A DNA stretch of 64,000 nt from positions 3,598,001 through 3,662,000 of the forward strand of contig CM119378.1 in the NCBI GenBank assembly GCA_051294905.1. Reading direction: 5' to 3'. Source of the DNA: Botryllus schlosseri. Lineage: Eukaryota. The notes under the pieces were generated by a model. It did no database searches, was not told the origin of the DNA, and saw nothing but the letters and a program-made list of their open reading frames with translations. The position numbers and the translations under genes were made by a program. Shown piece by piece: positions 38,645-51,000 of this stretch; position 1 is the stretch's first letter, and each line of letters opens with the position of its first letter.

Positions 38645-41600
38645 GATATAACGAAGGTGCGGGTGCCATATTATTGATGTAAAATGAAAGGATTTTTGTC
38701 TTTTTAGTGCATACGGTAGAGTACTGCGACAGTATCCATTGACTAAGAACGTATTCAGTGGCTGTGACTTCATTCGGATAATTCACGTTAGAAGCCTGTT
38801 TCTAATATTTATAGTGAATTTGAATGTGTCCTTGAGAATGTTCATGTCCAATTTGTCCATCGTTCAATCGTGGTTAGTGTCAGATCATAAGACATTAGCA
38901 CAGCACAGCACAGTACCAGTACCGTACAGCCGAGCCTCTACCATATGGTGATTATACAAATAGATACATATGTTGCAAGTGGTAAGTCCGTGCTGTTGTA
39001 TCATCTGGATTGTGGAAGCAAAGCGGAGGCAGCGTCGGGCAATTTCGACGGTGAGGATATCGAGCCAGAAATTTCGCAACGGGTTAAGAAACGCGTTAGC
39101 TGAAGCGGAACGGGGCTGATCCAAAATTCATTTGCAGCTCCATTGCGGCGGATTTCTGAAGAAAATGGCTGCGGCCAAAATTTTTTTCTATCTGTGCTTC
39201 AATTTGAGACCATCGTTTTTACGGCGCGATGCTCCTTTAAATATAGCACGGTCAGTGACCTCCTTCAGCCTTTCGGAATATACTCGAGTGGTTTGAGTAT
39301 GCAGAAACATGTTTTCGCTGTTTAGCCTACTACGATGATGTTTGTTTCAAAGTAGGCCTACATTCGCAATTTACTTCGACTTACTATACTTTCCTCTTGC
39401 GTTGAAATATTTTCTGGTGGAAAGAATATGCTATTTTTATTTACTGCTATAATATACAATAGTAGAATGGATTTGTTTCATGCGGAGGATACACACCAGT
39501 ATTACGCTGTAGATGAGTACAGTTTCGGCGCCCTTTGATTTGAGGCATTCTGGTTTCTATTTGCACATATGTAGACTCTTAGCGAGAAAGTGTGCATTCA
39601 CACCCTCGTACCACCCGTGATGTACGGGTGTAAATATACAGTACACCCATGGCAGACGAAATCAAAACATACCGCGGTATAAATCGAATATAACATTTTG
39701 ATCCAAATTCTGCTCGCACGTAAGAACGTATAGGAAAGTGTGCGCGTATAGGCACGTAGGATTTATAACAGCGACATAATTCTGAGTCAGGCTCTGTTTT
39801 GGTGAACAACCCTTTGGGTGTGAATACACATTTTTTTCGCTAAGAGTGCACCTTGCAAATTTAAAAGTTATCACCTACAATTAACCAACAGAATTATGTG
39901 TCGGGTGTGCTTCTAAAACTATCTACTATAGATTACTTTTGAAGACGTGTCATTTCTACTCCCACTCACGGCGGTTTCGGCAGGTTTTGGATATCGCTTA
40001 TAATTGTATGTTTGCAATATCATGTCTACTACTACTTGAGTAGCGTTGATACCGAATTTTACCAAATCTGGATATACTGTAGTTTTATTAGCAAAAGATA
40101 ATGATGCAATGAGTAGTGAGTAATCATTGAGTTTAGAAATTACTTACCTGCAGTGTCGGATGCAGCCGGTTCCATGGAACCGTCTCACGAAATTGGATGA
40201 GATCAACGCTCCGGTTAGCATTACTGTCAACTGTCTATGACTTTTTGTAACAGAACCGACTGAGAAAAGATTGAATCCAACCACTGCTTATATGTGGATC
40301 TATAATGTTCATTGTGCAGTTATTGTTGAGATATGCTGCGTTGTGTATAACATGTGTGAACAACACTGTATCGTGAATAAGATTATTCATTCGCTATAAA
40401 GTACTAGATAACTAGAGACTTAACATATACAATACTATCCATAAACGAATGAGGACACGGTGAATGGTTTCTTTATAGGTGATAGGTTAACCGGCAGACT
40501 CCCAGCTTACACAGATAAATGTGGATGCGGTTTGGCATTCGATGTAAGCACTAAGCAGTTCGCGTTAAGGTAATCTTCGCCGGCGCACTTCTTGCCTGTG
40601 AATTGGCACTGACAAAATGGTGAAATGTACACTGCGGTAGCCTATCTAGGTTTGTTGATAAGATGAGACACCGATATTGGTTTGACAATATCAAGCATGT
40701 TAAGTTGTAACATGTAGACGTCCTCCAAGGGTATGTGTATATATTTCAAACGGTCTATTAATAATCACACAGTGAACTTGTAACTTGTAACTTGCGGATT
40801 ACAAGAATATGATGTCAAAAGGCATTGGATTATAAACGAAATCAGCAGAAAGATTTCACTCAATATACAGCTTAGATTGAGCCTGTAATTACTTGACACA
40901 CACATGGGCGTAACCGGCTGGATCACCATTTGAGGAGGGAGCTTTCAGGAATGACAAGACATCACGGATATACTATGACATAACGCACGACAGCGACGTC
41001 ACGATGACCAGAATTCAGTATGTGTTGCAAAATCATATACAGATTCTGAATGACATATGTTCATTTACTTTTATGCCTCGATTGCGCAATGCACCGACAC
41101 AAGATGTTATTTCTCTCGCGAATATCCAATTATGAGGATAGCTATAATAGGTGCATTTGATTTACTTGGTCTAACTACAGCGCAACTACTGTTCTGGATA
41201 GTACAATATACAATGTTCCATGTATACAATAATAGTCAACAACAAACTAAGACCAGGATTTCATTTAAATATCCATGGTGTTTCTGTTCAACCTTTTTGC
41301 TATTCACGCCCGCATTTTTTAGATGTATTGAGTACATCTGCATTCTTACGGACATTCGTAATGGACCACTTGGAAGGCACATATCCATATTAAATTAGCT
41401 ATCGGAGGACTTTTCATTGCGGACAGTTATTGTTGTGTTCTGAGGTATCAATGTTTTCTGGAGAAATACGCTGCGCAGTGCGCACGAACGTTTTCAATTG
41501 TAGAGGCAGAACGGGCCCGCAGGCTTACCGTACGCACCGAAATCGAGAGTATCAATGTTATCGAATTTACAAAGAATCGTTGTCAAGTCGCATCCTCAAT

Positions 41601-43936
41601 AATATGTGTAGTTGCACTTATTACTATCAAATATCTATCCTTTCTGCGCCCATGTAATCAGATTTACCGGTAGAACTGATGGGTGTCTTGGAAAATTTAA
41701 GTCAACTAATTAATGGTGATGCATCTTGCAGTGGGCCCAGCACTGTTATTAATCACTTTATTGTATGTTGTTATTCATTGACCGCCCATCAGGATTGTTG
41801 ATGTAGTCCTTATGTATTGGAATCGCCCAAACGTACAAAAATAAGCTTTTGTGAGACACACACTATTCCAAATTGGTATTTCATTATGGGGCACATTATC
41901 TTCCTCTGCGGTTCGCATATGAACTATGTGGCTCAGAGTGCAATGACACTATACTATATTAAAATCGGAAATTCAAGTCGCCCTGAATCTCGCGAAGCTC
42001 GAAGAAAATTTATAAGTTGAATTAAAATATCTCAAAATTTTGGGAGCTGACTAGTAAATTCAAATTGCACGTTGACACGCTTATTGAATTAGCACATTTA
42101 TGTTTCTACGTCCGCAGGTTGGCCACTCCTGATCTATGTCATAGCTAAGAGTACTTACTTATTCAGCTTACCATGGATGCTCTTTTAATTGAAATAGAGA
42201 TCAGTAAAATTCCGCTCCATCTGGATACTGGCTTAAACGATTGATCGCGGAATAATGCCACTCCATTTCTTGATTTTAATGCGGGTACCCCCACCCGAAA
42301 AAATAAAATAGAAATCAAATCATTATATATCATACATCATATATCATAAAATTTACAGAAATTAGTGTAACTGTATCCACTATGATAGGAGAACTGTGTA
42401 TTCCTAGTACCGCTTGAGGTCGTTTCAATGCTTGTGTCTGAGGTCGTATTGCATAATGTGCGCTGCGCAGCCTGTGAGTGTAGTCCCGTCCTTCCAAACT
42501 GAACCCCGCGGTGCAGATGCAACCCTCACGAGATCAAAATTTCGCACTCCGCTCAGAAATGCGATTTTGTGATCGCATGCGTCTCTCAAAATGAATTTCT
42601 CTTTTCGTTTGTTATGATGCTTGTGATAGATTCCAAAATCTTTGGCGTAACGACAATCTCTGCCGGACGTCACGAAATAACAACGTACTTCAACAAGGTA
42701 ATTAATAACAATGGACCCACCCGAACTAACCCGCGAGAACCTCACGAACAGTCTTAACCGTGCGGGCATGAACCATAAACGCTGTTGAAGATGTATAATT
42801 ATGTACCAAAGATTTTTGAAGTCTACGCTTCCATCAGTTCTACCGGTAAATCTGATCACGTATATGCAGGGTATGTGAGTACCGATATTGTTGATCAGAT
42901 TCATTCACTAACTTCGAATAATTTACGTACTTCTGTAGGAAACAAATGCGCACTCATTCTGATAACATTAACATTCGCCATTTTGATGTGTAGTGAGCCG
43001 ATAGACGTAAACAGATAAGACTTGCGTACGCCGTTATCCGGTTCGTTCGCGAATCGTGTAATAGCGAATGTACCTCGACAAGCAAAGGGTCTGCAGGTAT
43101 GTGTTTGTGAATCGTGTGTACAGGCTATTGAATAAATTTATCATAGCATAATGAGGCTTCGCCCCGAGAAGTTGTCTATTTCGGCCATGCATGTGCCTGT
43201 CTTTTCCGTTCTGACTCGGTAACTTTCCGGGATATCATGTCAAATACGATGAATTGCACGTTATCTGAGAATCACCAACATCGAAACGTTGCCCCGGCGA
43301 TGGCTAACCGTCAACGCTACAACCAGAAACTCGCTGCCTCAGAATTATTAGGACGAGGATTTGAAAAATCATCATGCCATTATAGATTAGTTTATGAGGC
43401 CGATTATACCATTTTCCAGCATGTTCTCAAAGACTAAACACGCTGATCAATAACACACCACATAACGTTGGTTATGTAAGGCAGGCTCCTTCACGCTCCT
43501 TGTGAAGCAACGAGTGAGCAAAAAATTACTCCGCGAAACAGGAGCACACTGCCTGGACTTCAACTTGCATTGCAATATTACTTCTCAGAATTTGTTGATC
43601 CCAACTTCAGATGTGTAGTTAGTCCATTTGACAGCAATGAATCAAGCAATCTTTCTGCGAAAGGACAGCTAATTAATAAATGAAATATATCATTTTTTTT
43701 AAATGCTGTTAGTCAAATATGGATGAATCATGGCTGTGTCTTATCAAATCTTATATAATGATAAGTAAAAAAGTAATCAGAAGTTTGTTGCCAATCCTGT
43801 CTTCATCATTATGTGAACATATCTTCTTTGTATTGACTGCAATTAAAGCTGTGCTCGAGAGCGACTGCTTGGAATTGACGACGTACTGCGGGTATGTTGT
43901 CAACAGCGGAATGTTTAGCCTCGTTTCAGTCGTATA

Positions 43937-44388
43937 TAGGGTTGCATTTAAAACAAACGGTGTTTTAAAACACTTTGTTTAAAACATGTTTTAAACAGAG
44001 TTTTAAACAAAGGCCTTTTTTAAAAAAACAAAATTGTGTTTTTTTCAGTTGTAAAATTATGCCATAATTGTGTAAATACTTTCCAAAAAACATGTTGTAT
44101 GAGCCTCCGGACAGTTAACACCCGATATAGCCAACGTATATCGATATGGGATGGCTGGAACCCTCAAAATAGTCGGTTCAACAGCAATAGTACAGATATT
44201 TCGTCAAAGGAGCTATATTTACCCTATATTTTCAATTGTCCATGTCAATCCACTATGACGTCACAATTGAATATTCGTGACGTCATGGCTTAAAACAAAC
44301 AAAAAAACTACAAAAAACATGTTTTAAACAAAGGCCTTGTTTTGAACGTGTTTGTTTTAAATTGATTTATGTTCTAAATGCAACCCTT
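43937..44388. mobile_element. hAT MITE, TAGGGTTGCATTTAAAAC family
   Basis: TIR TAGGGTTGCATTTA; TSD GTCGTATA / GTCATATA. Confidence 0.88.
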
Positions 44389-45065
44389 GTCATATATGTC
44401 TTCGTATAATGAGTTAGATATCGCATTACCGCAATATTCTTTTTTCAAGAAGTAACTTTTGTGTGAGTGTGCCGCGAACGTTGTATAATTTTCTTTGTGC
44501 CACAGGTCAGAAAAGTTTGGGAACAAATGATGTAGAATGTAGACTCAATCCAATAAGTTACGCTAGTCGAGTCATGCTACTTTTCATGTTTAAGAAAACG
44601 ACTAGAGTCAAGTCAAGTCACGCGAAAAACGCGACTCGAGTAATCACAACAAGGATTCAAATATCATTTACTTTTATTAGTTCACTACTTGGTTGGCCAC
44701 CGTCCTCGCACGTATATCGTATAATTTTAACCGCAGTTCCACAAAATGTCTTTGGGTGGTGGTGTCGTTGTTACACAACGTCTTGTGTAGTCATTCGCGT
44801 TATGGTGCAAGCCTCACTGGGCCTGCAATACCCATAATTACACTATGTTTGCAGAAAGAAAGCTAAGCACGTCGTTACATATTCTCAATTCCACAACTTA
44901 GCTAGAATTACAGCGTAACTGCACTGAACTATTACTTCACAGCCTTTTTCACTTCGCGATACACGCAATATGAAGCAACCAGTCATTTTTTCGCCATCGT
45001 GAGTATGTATTCTATATATGAATTGGCTGCTTCAGATTTGGCACAGACCAAACGGACCAAGCGCA

Positions 45066-48000
45066 ATGCAAGCTCAAGCGATTGTAGTCAGTGTTGTTGT
45101 TCTCTGTTGCTTCCCCGTCACATATGGCGGCTCATTTGTGCCTGATGCTAACCAGGAGATGGATGTGGCAAATGGATTTCTGAATGGGTATGATCATTAA
45201 AATTTCTCCCATTTCGTTATACACTTGGTATTGATGTATTGTACATGAATGCCATACATATATATTAGTGCTGTCTATGCGTATGTTTTTTGTACGGGGT
45301 GTACCGTCATAGTTGCCTGCAGCGAGACAGAACTCAATCATCATTAGAGCGACTTAGCATTGTGCGGTGAAATGTACATTGTACAGTGTACACTGTACAG
45401 TCCCGAAGGAACTTCGCAGCAATTCATTCAAGCGGCGTTGGCGATGCCAACTTCATGTCAAATGCCCTGCATTCACTTTTTGACTATTCAATGTTTTTTC
45501 GGCCAGTCATATTAACTGTACTGAATACAAATAAGAAAAACTGGATGACATGATTGAAACTTCAAGAGCGAATTCTTAAATAAACTCAAAGATTGACACA
45601 TTCTTCAGAATTTTTCAAGCCAACTAGAGCAAAGAGTACCAGAAACCAAAAACGAATACCGTAGATTTTCGTGCTAAATCTTCAAATAACCAACCGTCGC
45701 TACAGCACAAAGACCCAAATAAAAATTAGTGCCTCATAAAATAGTTCCAAGTTGGAGCCTCACTCAAGCATGCAATACTAAAGTCGATTGGCGACGTGTC
45801 TTTGGTGACGCGACTTCAGAGAGCGCCTATAGCATTGATGCCCATACATAATTATAACTTTAAACTTCTATTAAGGACACTACAGGAATTGCATCAAGAT
45901 TCCATTTAGTTTAGTCTATATATGAACGCACGAAAGTATCTTATTACCGGTGGCTACGGCCAGCCGGTACAAAGCCGATGAATATTGACAACGCTTCAAA
46001 TTTACTCTTTTCAGGTTCTCGGAAAAGGAGGTTTATGAACCAGGGCAAAGACGACGTCGGCGTATGTATTTTCTTTGTTATTCCACATAACCGTATTTTA
46101 TGCTGCAATTCTACTGACAGATGAGTACTAGTTTTGAATTTGACAGATAACGGGAGAAGGAATGCGTAATATTATTGAACTTCTAAGCCCCATTTATACA
46201 GTCCTTGAAGAAAATGCCACACTTTCTTCCGAAATGGATTAGATGGCCTATATGCTGGTGGAGAAGACCTAATATTTTCGATGTTAAGAGATGCAACAAT
46301 CGTTTCCAAATAGCTTTATTATACTTTATTATATTTATTAGACCACCTAGTGTCCATTCCACGTAGTCGGAGCTTAAACACTTGGTGGCACTGGCAATAA
46401 TAATAATAATACCACAATAGCAATGAACACTGCTGTTGAACTGCTGAACAGTTATTTTATTACAAATACCTACACAGCTAATGGGTGGGAGGGCTGTCAC
46501 ACTGGCAGTAGATGGGACATCAGATGAGATCATGGCAGGTGTTCTTTATAAAAGCGACGAAGTGCAAGGGATACGCACAGGCACTCTGAACCAGTGACAT
46601 TGCCCAGTGATGTTTGAAAATTCTCTTCTGAAATCTGTATAGAGTCAAGTGTATCGATACCGTGATACGGTCGTATCGATCATTCCTGTCTGATACCGAA
46701 TACATATTTTACATATTTTTTGTGCCACCATCATTGCCGTCTGCTTTTTATATATTTTGGTTGGATGGAAATAAAGACTATCTGTCTCTCTCTATCTCTC
46801 TTGGAATTGACGGATAAAACCCTCTAATCCAGGGCTTCCCAAAATTTTTATGGTTTCGATTTGAAAAAGTTGCGCGACCCCACCTCCCAATTTTCCGTGC
46901 TGGTTTCTAAAATGAGTCTGCACCTTCGCCCAAACCTACTCACGACCTATGTGTAAAGATGGCGATTATGCGCGCAGTAATAGCAATTATGAACTCGTTT
47001 ACCTCCGTCCTTAGATTAAGAAACTGCATCAAGACTAAAGCAACGCACAAAGGTCATTTGGAACGATTCCTATCTATACCCAATCGAAGTATAGTCAAGT
47101 ACTGCTACGTGAAAGATTGCGTCACGTGAAATACAGATAACGAACTATATCGGCCGCGCCGTGCCTGTGTGTATGTATTATATACTGTTAGCACATACCA
47201 CTACCGGTGACTTGTAGGTTTCCTGGAAGGCGGAATAACTATCTTATTGATTTTTATGATGTTTCTGACACTTTAATCTTCATGGTGATGGCCAGCCACT
47301 AACCTTAAGTTATAGTAAGTGGCGCTTTATAATTACACTTCGGATGATCTGATACATTGTTAACCGGGCTCGCATTACTCGGAGGTCGTGCTTTCTTCTA
47401 TTTTCAATATTGAACTAAAACATTCAGAAATGAGCCGCCGATAGCATCCGCTTAATTGGCATTCTTGTAATGGTTATCGGAATTTAATTAATGTTAATCA
47501 ATAATCGTTGGGGTATATTTTTCATCTGAACAAATCACACACAATGTACAATGCGATAAGACACAATGCGATGTAATGAACAGATATGAGGATATCGAAC
47601 GACACGCAATTGCGATCCTTTCAGACTGACATCCATCTCGGCTTAGAGTGCCCGATGTAACAGTTCTTTTTCGATGTTGATCTTTTTGAAGCCACGGCCC
47701 TTTCTAGTTCCTTCCATTCCTTGAGAGTGCTTTCTTACGTCGGGTCTTTTTCTAGGCTTTTTTATCGCCACAAGAATGGCGACGGTGGGGGAAGAGGAAC
47801 CCAGATGAACCTCCGACGGGGGTCCGCCCGATTCGTAGGCGCTTATCGTTACCACTACGCTATATCTCCCCCGCTAATTTCCGCCACCGCGACCCCAGAG
47901 AATAAGCAAACGACCCCATTGGGGGTCGCGACCCCTATAGTTTGGGAACACATGCCTATTCCCTGTGTATCGTCAATTTACTCTCCGCGTAGATTAATTG

Positions 48001-51000
48001 AAAAGTGTGAATGACAAATAACTTCTTTTTCTATCATAGCTAAGCATTGTCACAAAGTTAAAGGTAAAGCATGTGCATTCCTGGTGTTAAAATCTTTATT
48101 TATTACTTGACGATTCATTTTACGCTACCTGTTCGTGACCAAATAATTGGATGACTTGCCATATTTCAAACATGCAATTTCGTAATGTGCAAAAGATTTC
48201 GGATGTTTTGAGATAATCTGTTGGCGGTATATATACAGTCTGACTCGATAAGGCATGCGGTGATCTGAAATTAATATCTTGCCGATAATCCTTCTTGCAA
48301 TAAGCTTGTAGCTTCATAGAATACAAGGCGCGATGTCTTGAAATTCCAAGAATTTTGCGCAATTACCCTGGGATATAAGTCGGTGTTGTGATATATGTCA
48401 TGTTTGTGACTGGAATGTTTATGCTCTAGACGAGCTATACTAACAAGCTCTTATTTTTTGTGGAGTGTCATAATACTCGGTGATATGCACGTTAAATATA
48501 CTATCGTAGTTAAAGTGTGTATAGCTTTGTTTGTGTCATGAAGCGGACCACTGCCGTATACTTGAAAATTAAATCAATTCAGTATCACAATAATGAGATC
48601 ATCAGCTCATTATTCTTACCACACACTATCTCAGGTATATGTACTTTCGCTAATAGTTTTGTTTCAACACTAGGAAGTGTAACTTCGGGAGAATTTGAAG
48701 CGTTCGAGGATTATTTATCGGGTGAGGTATTTAATGTATTAAGCATACCGATTCGCTCATTTGCACATATATCTCTATAAACTTGCGTATCCAAAACTAG
48801 CATCAGCATTCCAGCGGTTCAATAAGATATCAATGTATATTTTAAATGATTGATTAAATCGTTGACAGCGTATTGTGATCGGCCGCGAGATATATCGTGA
48901 TATGGTCTTCTGGCAGTATAATTATTCGAATGTATTCGAAATCTCTTACGTGGTAGCTGCTTAGGAAGGCATTGGAGTGCGTTGTTACCTGTAAATGTGT
49001 CACTTAGACTACCCAATTGACGTGTTGCTGCATGTACTTGTTTCAAAATAATGGTCTTGTTATAGCACTGGTGGATTTTGGAAACTTCGGGAGAAAAAAC
49101 GACCGAAAGAAAGCCGTTCTCTGCGTCTCGCATCATTTCGGAAAATGTTCGGCCCATTTTCCGAAAATTTCAAAAGCGTGGCATGGATTCTTGCAGGAGA
49201 GAAAGGGCCGCTCTGTAGCGGCCTCGTCGGTTACGGAACGCGAAAATACCTTTCTGTTTGGGCAATATGACATGATGTAAGTAATAGCAATATATCGTTA
49301 TTTTACCCCGCAGTGTGTTTACTATATGTAGTAGACCAGGTCTACGAAACTGGCAGTGTTGAATCCGGACCTTATCAGTCTCAGTATTTATGTAGTTTTT
49401 TGACAAAACCAAATCTAAATTAACAGCGCAAATCCTCACTATATGTTTGCGTCTACTTACAGCTGCTGGTCAACGTTTTCAAACAAAAACTTGATAAACA
49501 ATATATATCACATCTGCATGACGAGTGACAACATTCACCGCTGCCTTTGACTCGCTCTCACCACTTTAGAGCCAAGATTTACAGAATTAGATAGAAATAG
49601 AAATAAAAATACCAATTCTCCCACTAACCGTGACTAACGGAACAATAAATACATTGGTCATATTGCGTTTCCTAATACCGCTTTACCGGACATTGTGTAT
49701 AGCTATACCGTATTACATTCGTATGACTGTAAATTATTTCACGAAAGTTATGATGACGGACTAAGGCAAATTTTTAAACTTTTGTAACTGCTCTTTTGCC
49801 AAAAATAGCCGAGTAGCCCTGTTGCAGTGTGTAAACTGTATACCATGTAGCAGACCACATTATTGGATCTGCAGTGCACACTGTATGATTTATCCAGATA
49901 TCGGGCGAGTCAAGTACGGGCAGTCGATGTCATAATCTCACCGCGTGCAAACGCGAGCGGCGTAGTCTACGGCAGATATCGTTTTACAATATCGGACATG
50001 GGAGGCGTTACTGTTTACAACGACGAACAGGTGAAATATAACCTGGACATTCTGAGTCGTTATCAGTCAGGTAACTCTGCAGCAAGGAGTGCGACGGTCC
50101 TGGATGTGTTTTGGAAACCGCGAATTCGTAAATAACATACGTTAGTGAAAGGCATATTGCCGCGTACCGAATACGCACCTGCATCCGACCGATAGCAAAA
50201 TTTAGATAATGTTTTCCCAGTATGTGAGTACTCCTATACGGACGATCCTGCAGACACACCCCTGACCTGAACTTGCATCAAGGTTATTCGCGGTCTCTAT
50301 TTTATCATTGTAATACTGTCCACATGATTGACTTGATAACTTCACGAAATCTTCCTTCAAGATATAGCCTACTTACCGTCCTTTAAGGCTCCAAATGTTG
50401 ACAGCTTGACAAGTCATATAGCATTTGTCCCAACAGATTGAGGCATATGCTTTCAAATCTGTTGTGACGAATGGGTCGTCAGTGTCGCCACTAGGGTTGT
50501 ATTTAAAACAAACGGTGTTTTAAAACACTTGGTTTAAAACATGTTTTAAACAGTGTTTTAAACAAATACATTTTTGAAAAAACCAATTTTTTTCAGACGT
50601 TGTATAATTATGCCGTAATGTGTAAATACTTTCGAAAACCCCGTAGTAGGAGCTTGCGGACGATTTGCACACGACATAGTCGACGTATGCGATATGGAGA
50701 TGCTGGAACCCTCGAATTCGTCGTTGGTTCGACAGTTATAGATCAATTAAGGCACTCAGATATATATAATTGATACGGAATGGGTGCTCTGATGATGATG
50801 GACTCCGACCGAAAAAATGCTGCATAACGATGTGGTCTTGATTGAAGATATTTTGGGTCTGTTTATGACAGTGGTCGGAAGCCCTTTTCGTCGAAGGAGC
50901 CCTTTTAACCTATATTTTCAATTGTTAATGCCACTTCACTGTGACGTCACAATTTAAGATTCGTGACGTCATGGTTAAGAACAAAATAAATAAAAACATG

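Larger units (their letters stand above)
34349..39236. mobile_element. TTAA-targeting non-autonomous DNA transposon (Kolobok-like) containing nested elements
   Basis: Imperfect TIR AGGGGCACTGCGCTCTAAAAATGATG versus reverse complement AGGAGCATCGCGCCGTAAAAACGATG; flanks CTAA / TTAA; empty TTAA sites at ~18712 and ~20253; a related end starts at ~54637. Confidence 0.75.
6907..43680 (+). repeat. Diverged head-to-tail array of about three copies of a ~6-kb ancestral unit, each expanded by different TE insertions
   Basis: The same blocks recur in the same order: 7190-7477+12837-13072 = 20860-21367 = 39760-40285; 13440-14170 = 21785-22400 = 40285-41090; 23250-24300 = 41220-42200; 15680-16200 = 24970-25480 = 42360-42870; 17465-18030 = 32285-32847 = 43200-43680; 18050-18710 = 19670-20250 = 33640-34330; 18715-19280 = 39240-39800. 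Confidence 0.85.

Noticed and set aside
42790..42870. RTDGSVDFKNLW on the minus strand, resembling a fibrinogen-domain motif
   Set aside because: It lacks the preceding W.VIQRR and the following GFG/EFWLG, and the DNA motif recurs inside repeats in both orientations; probably coincidental.
46148..46166. Possible extra 19-nt exon of the TGF-beta gene
   Set aside because: Inclusion shifts the frame and creates a stop in the next exon.
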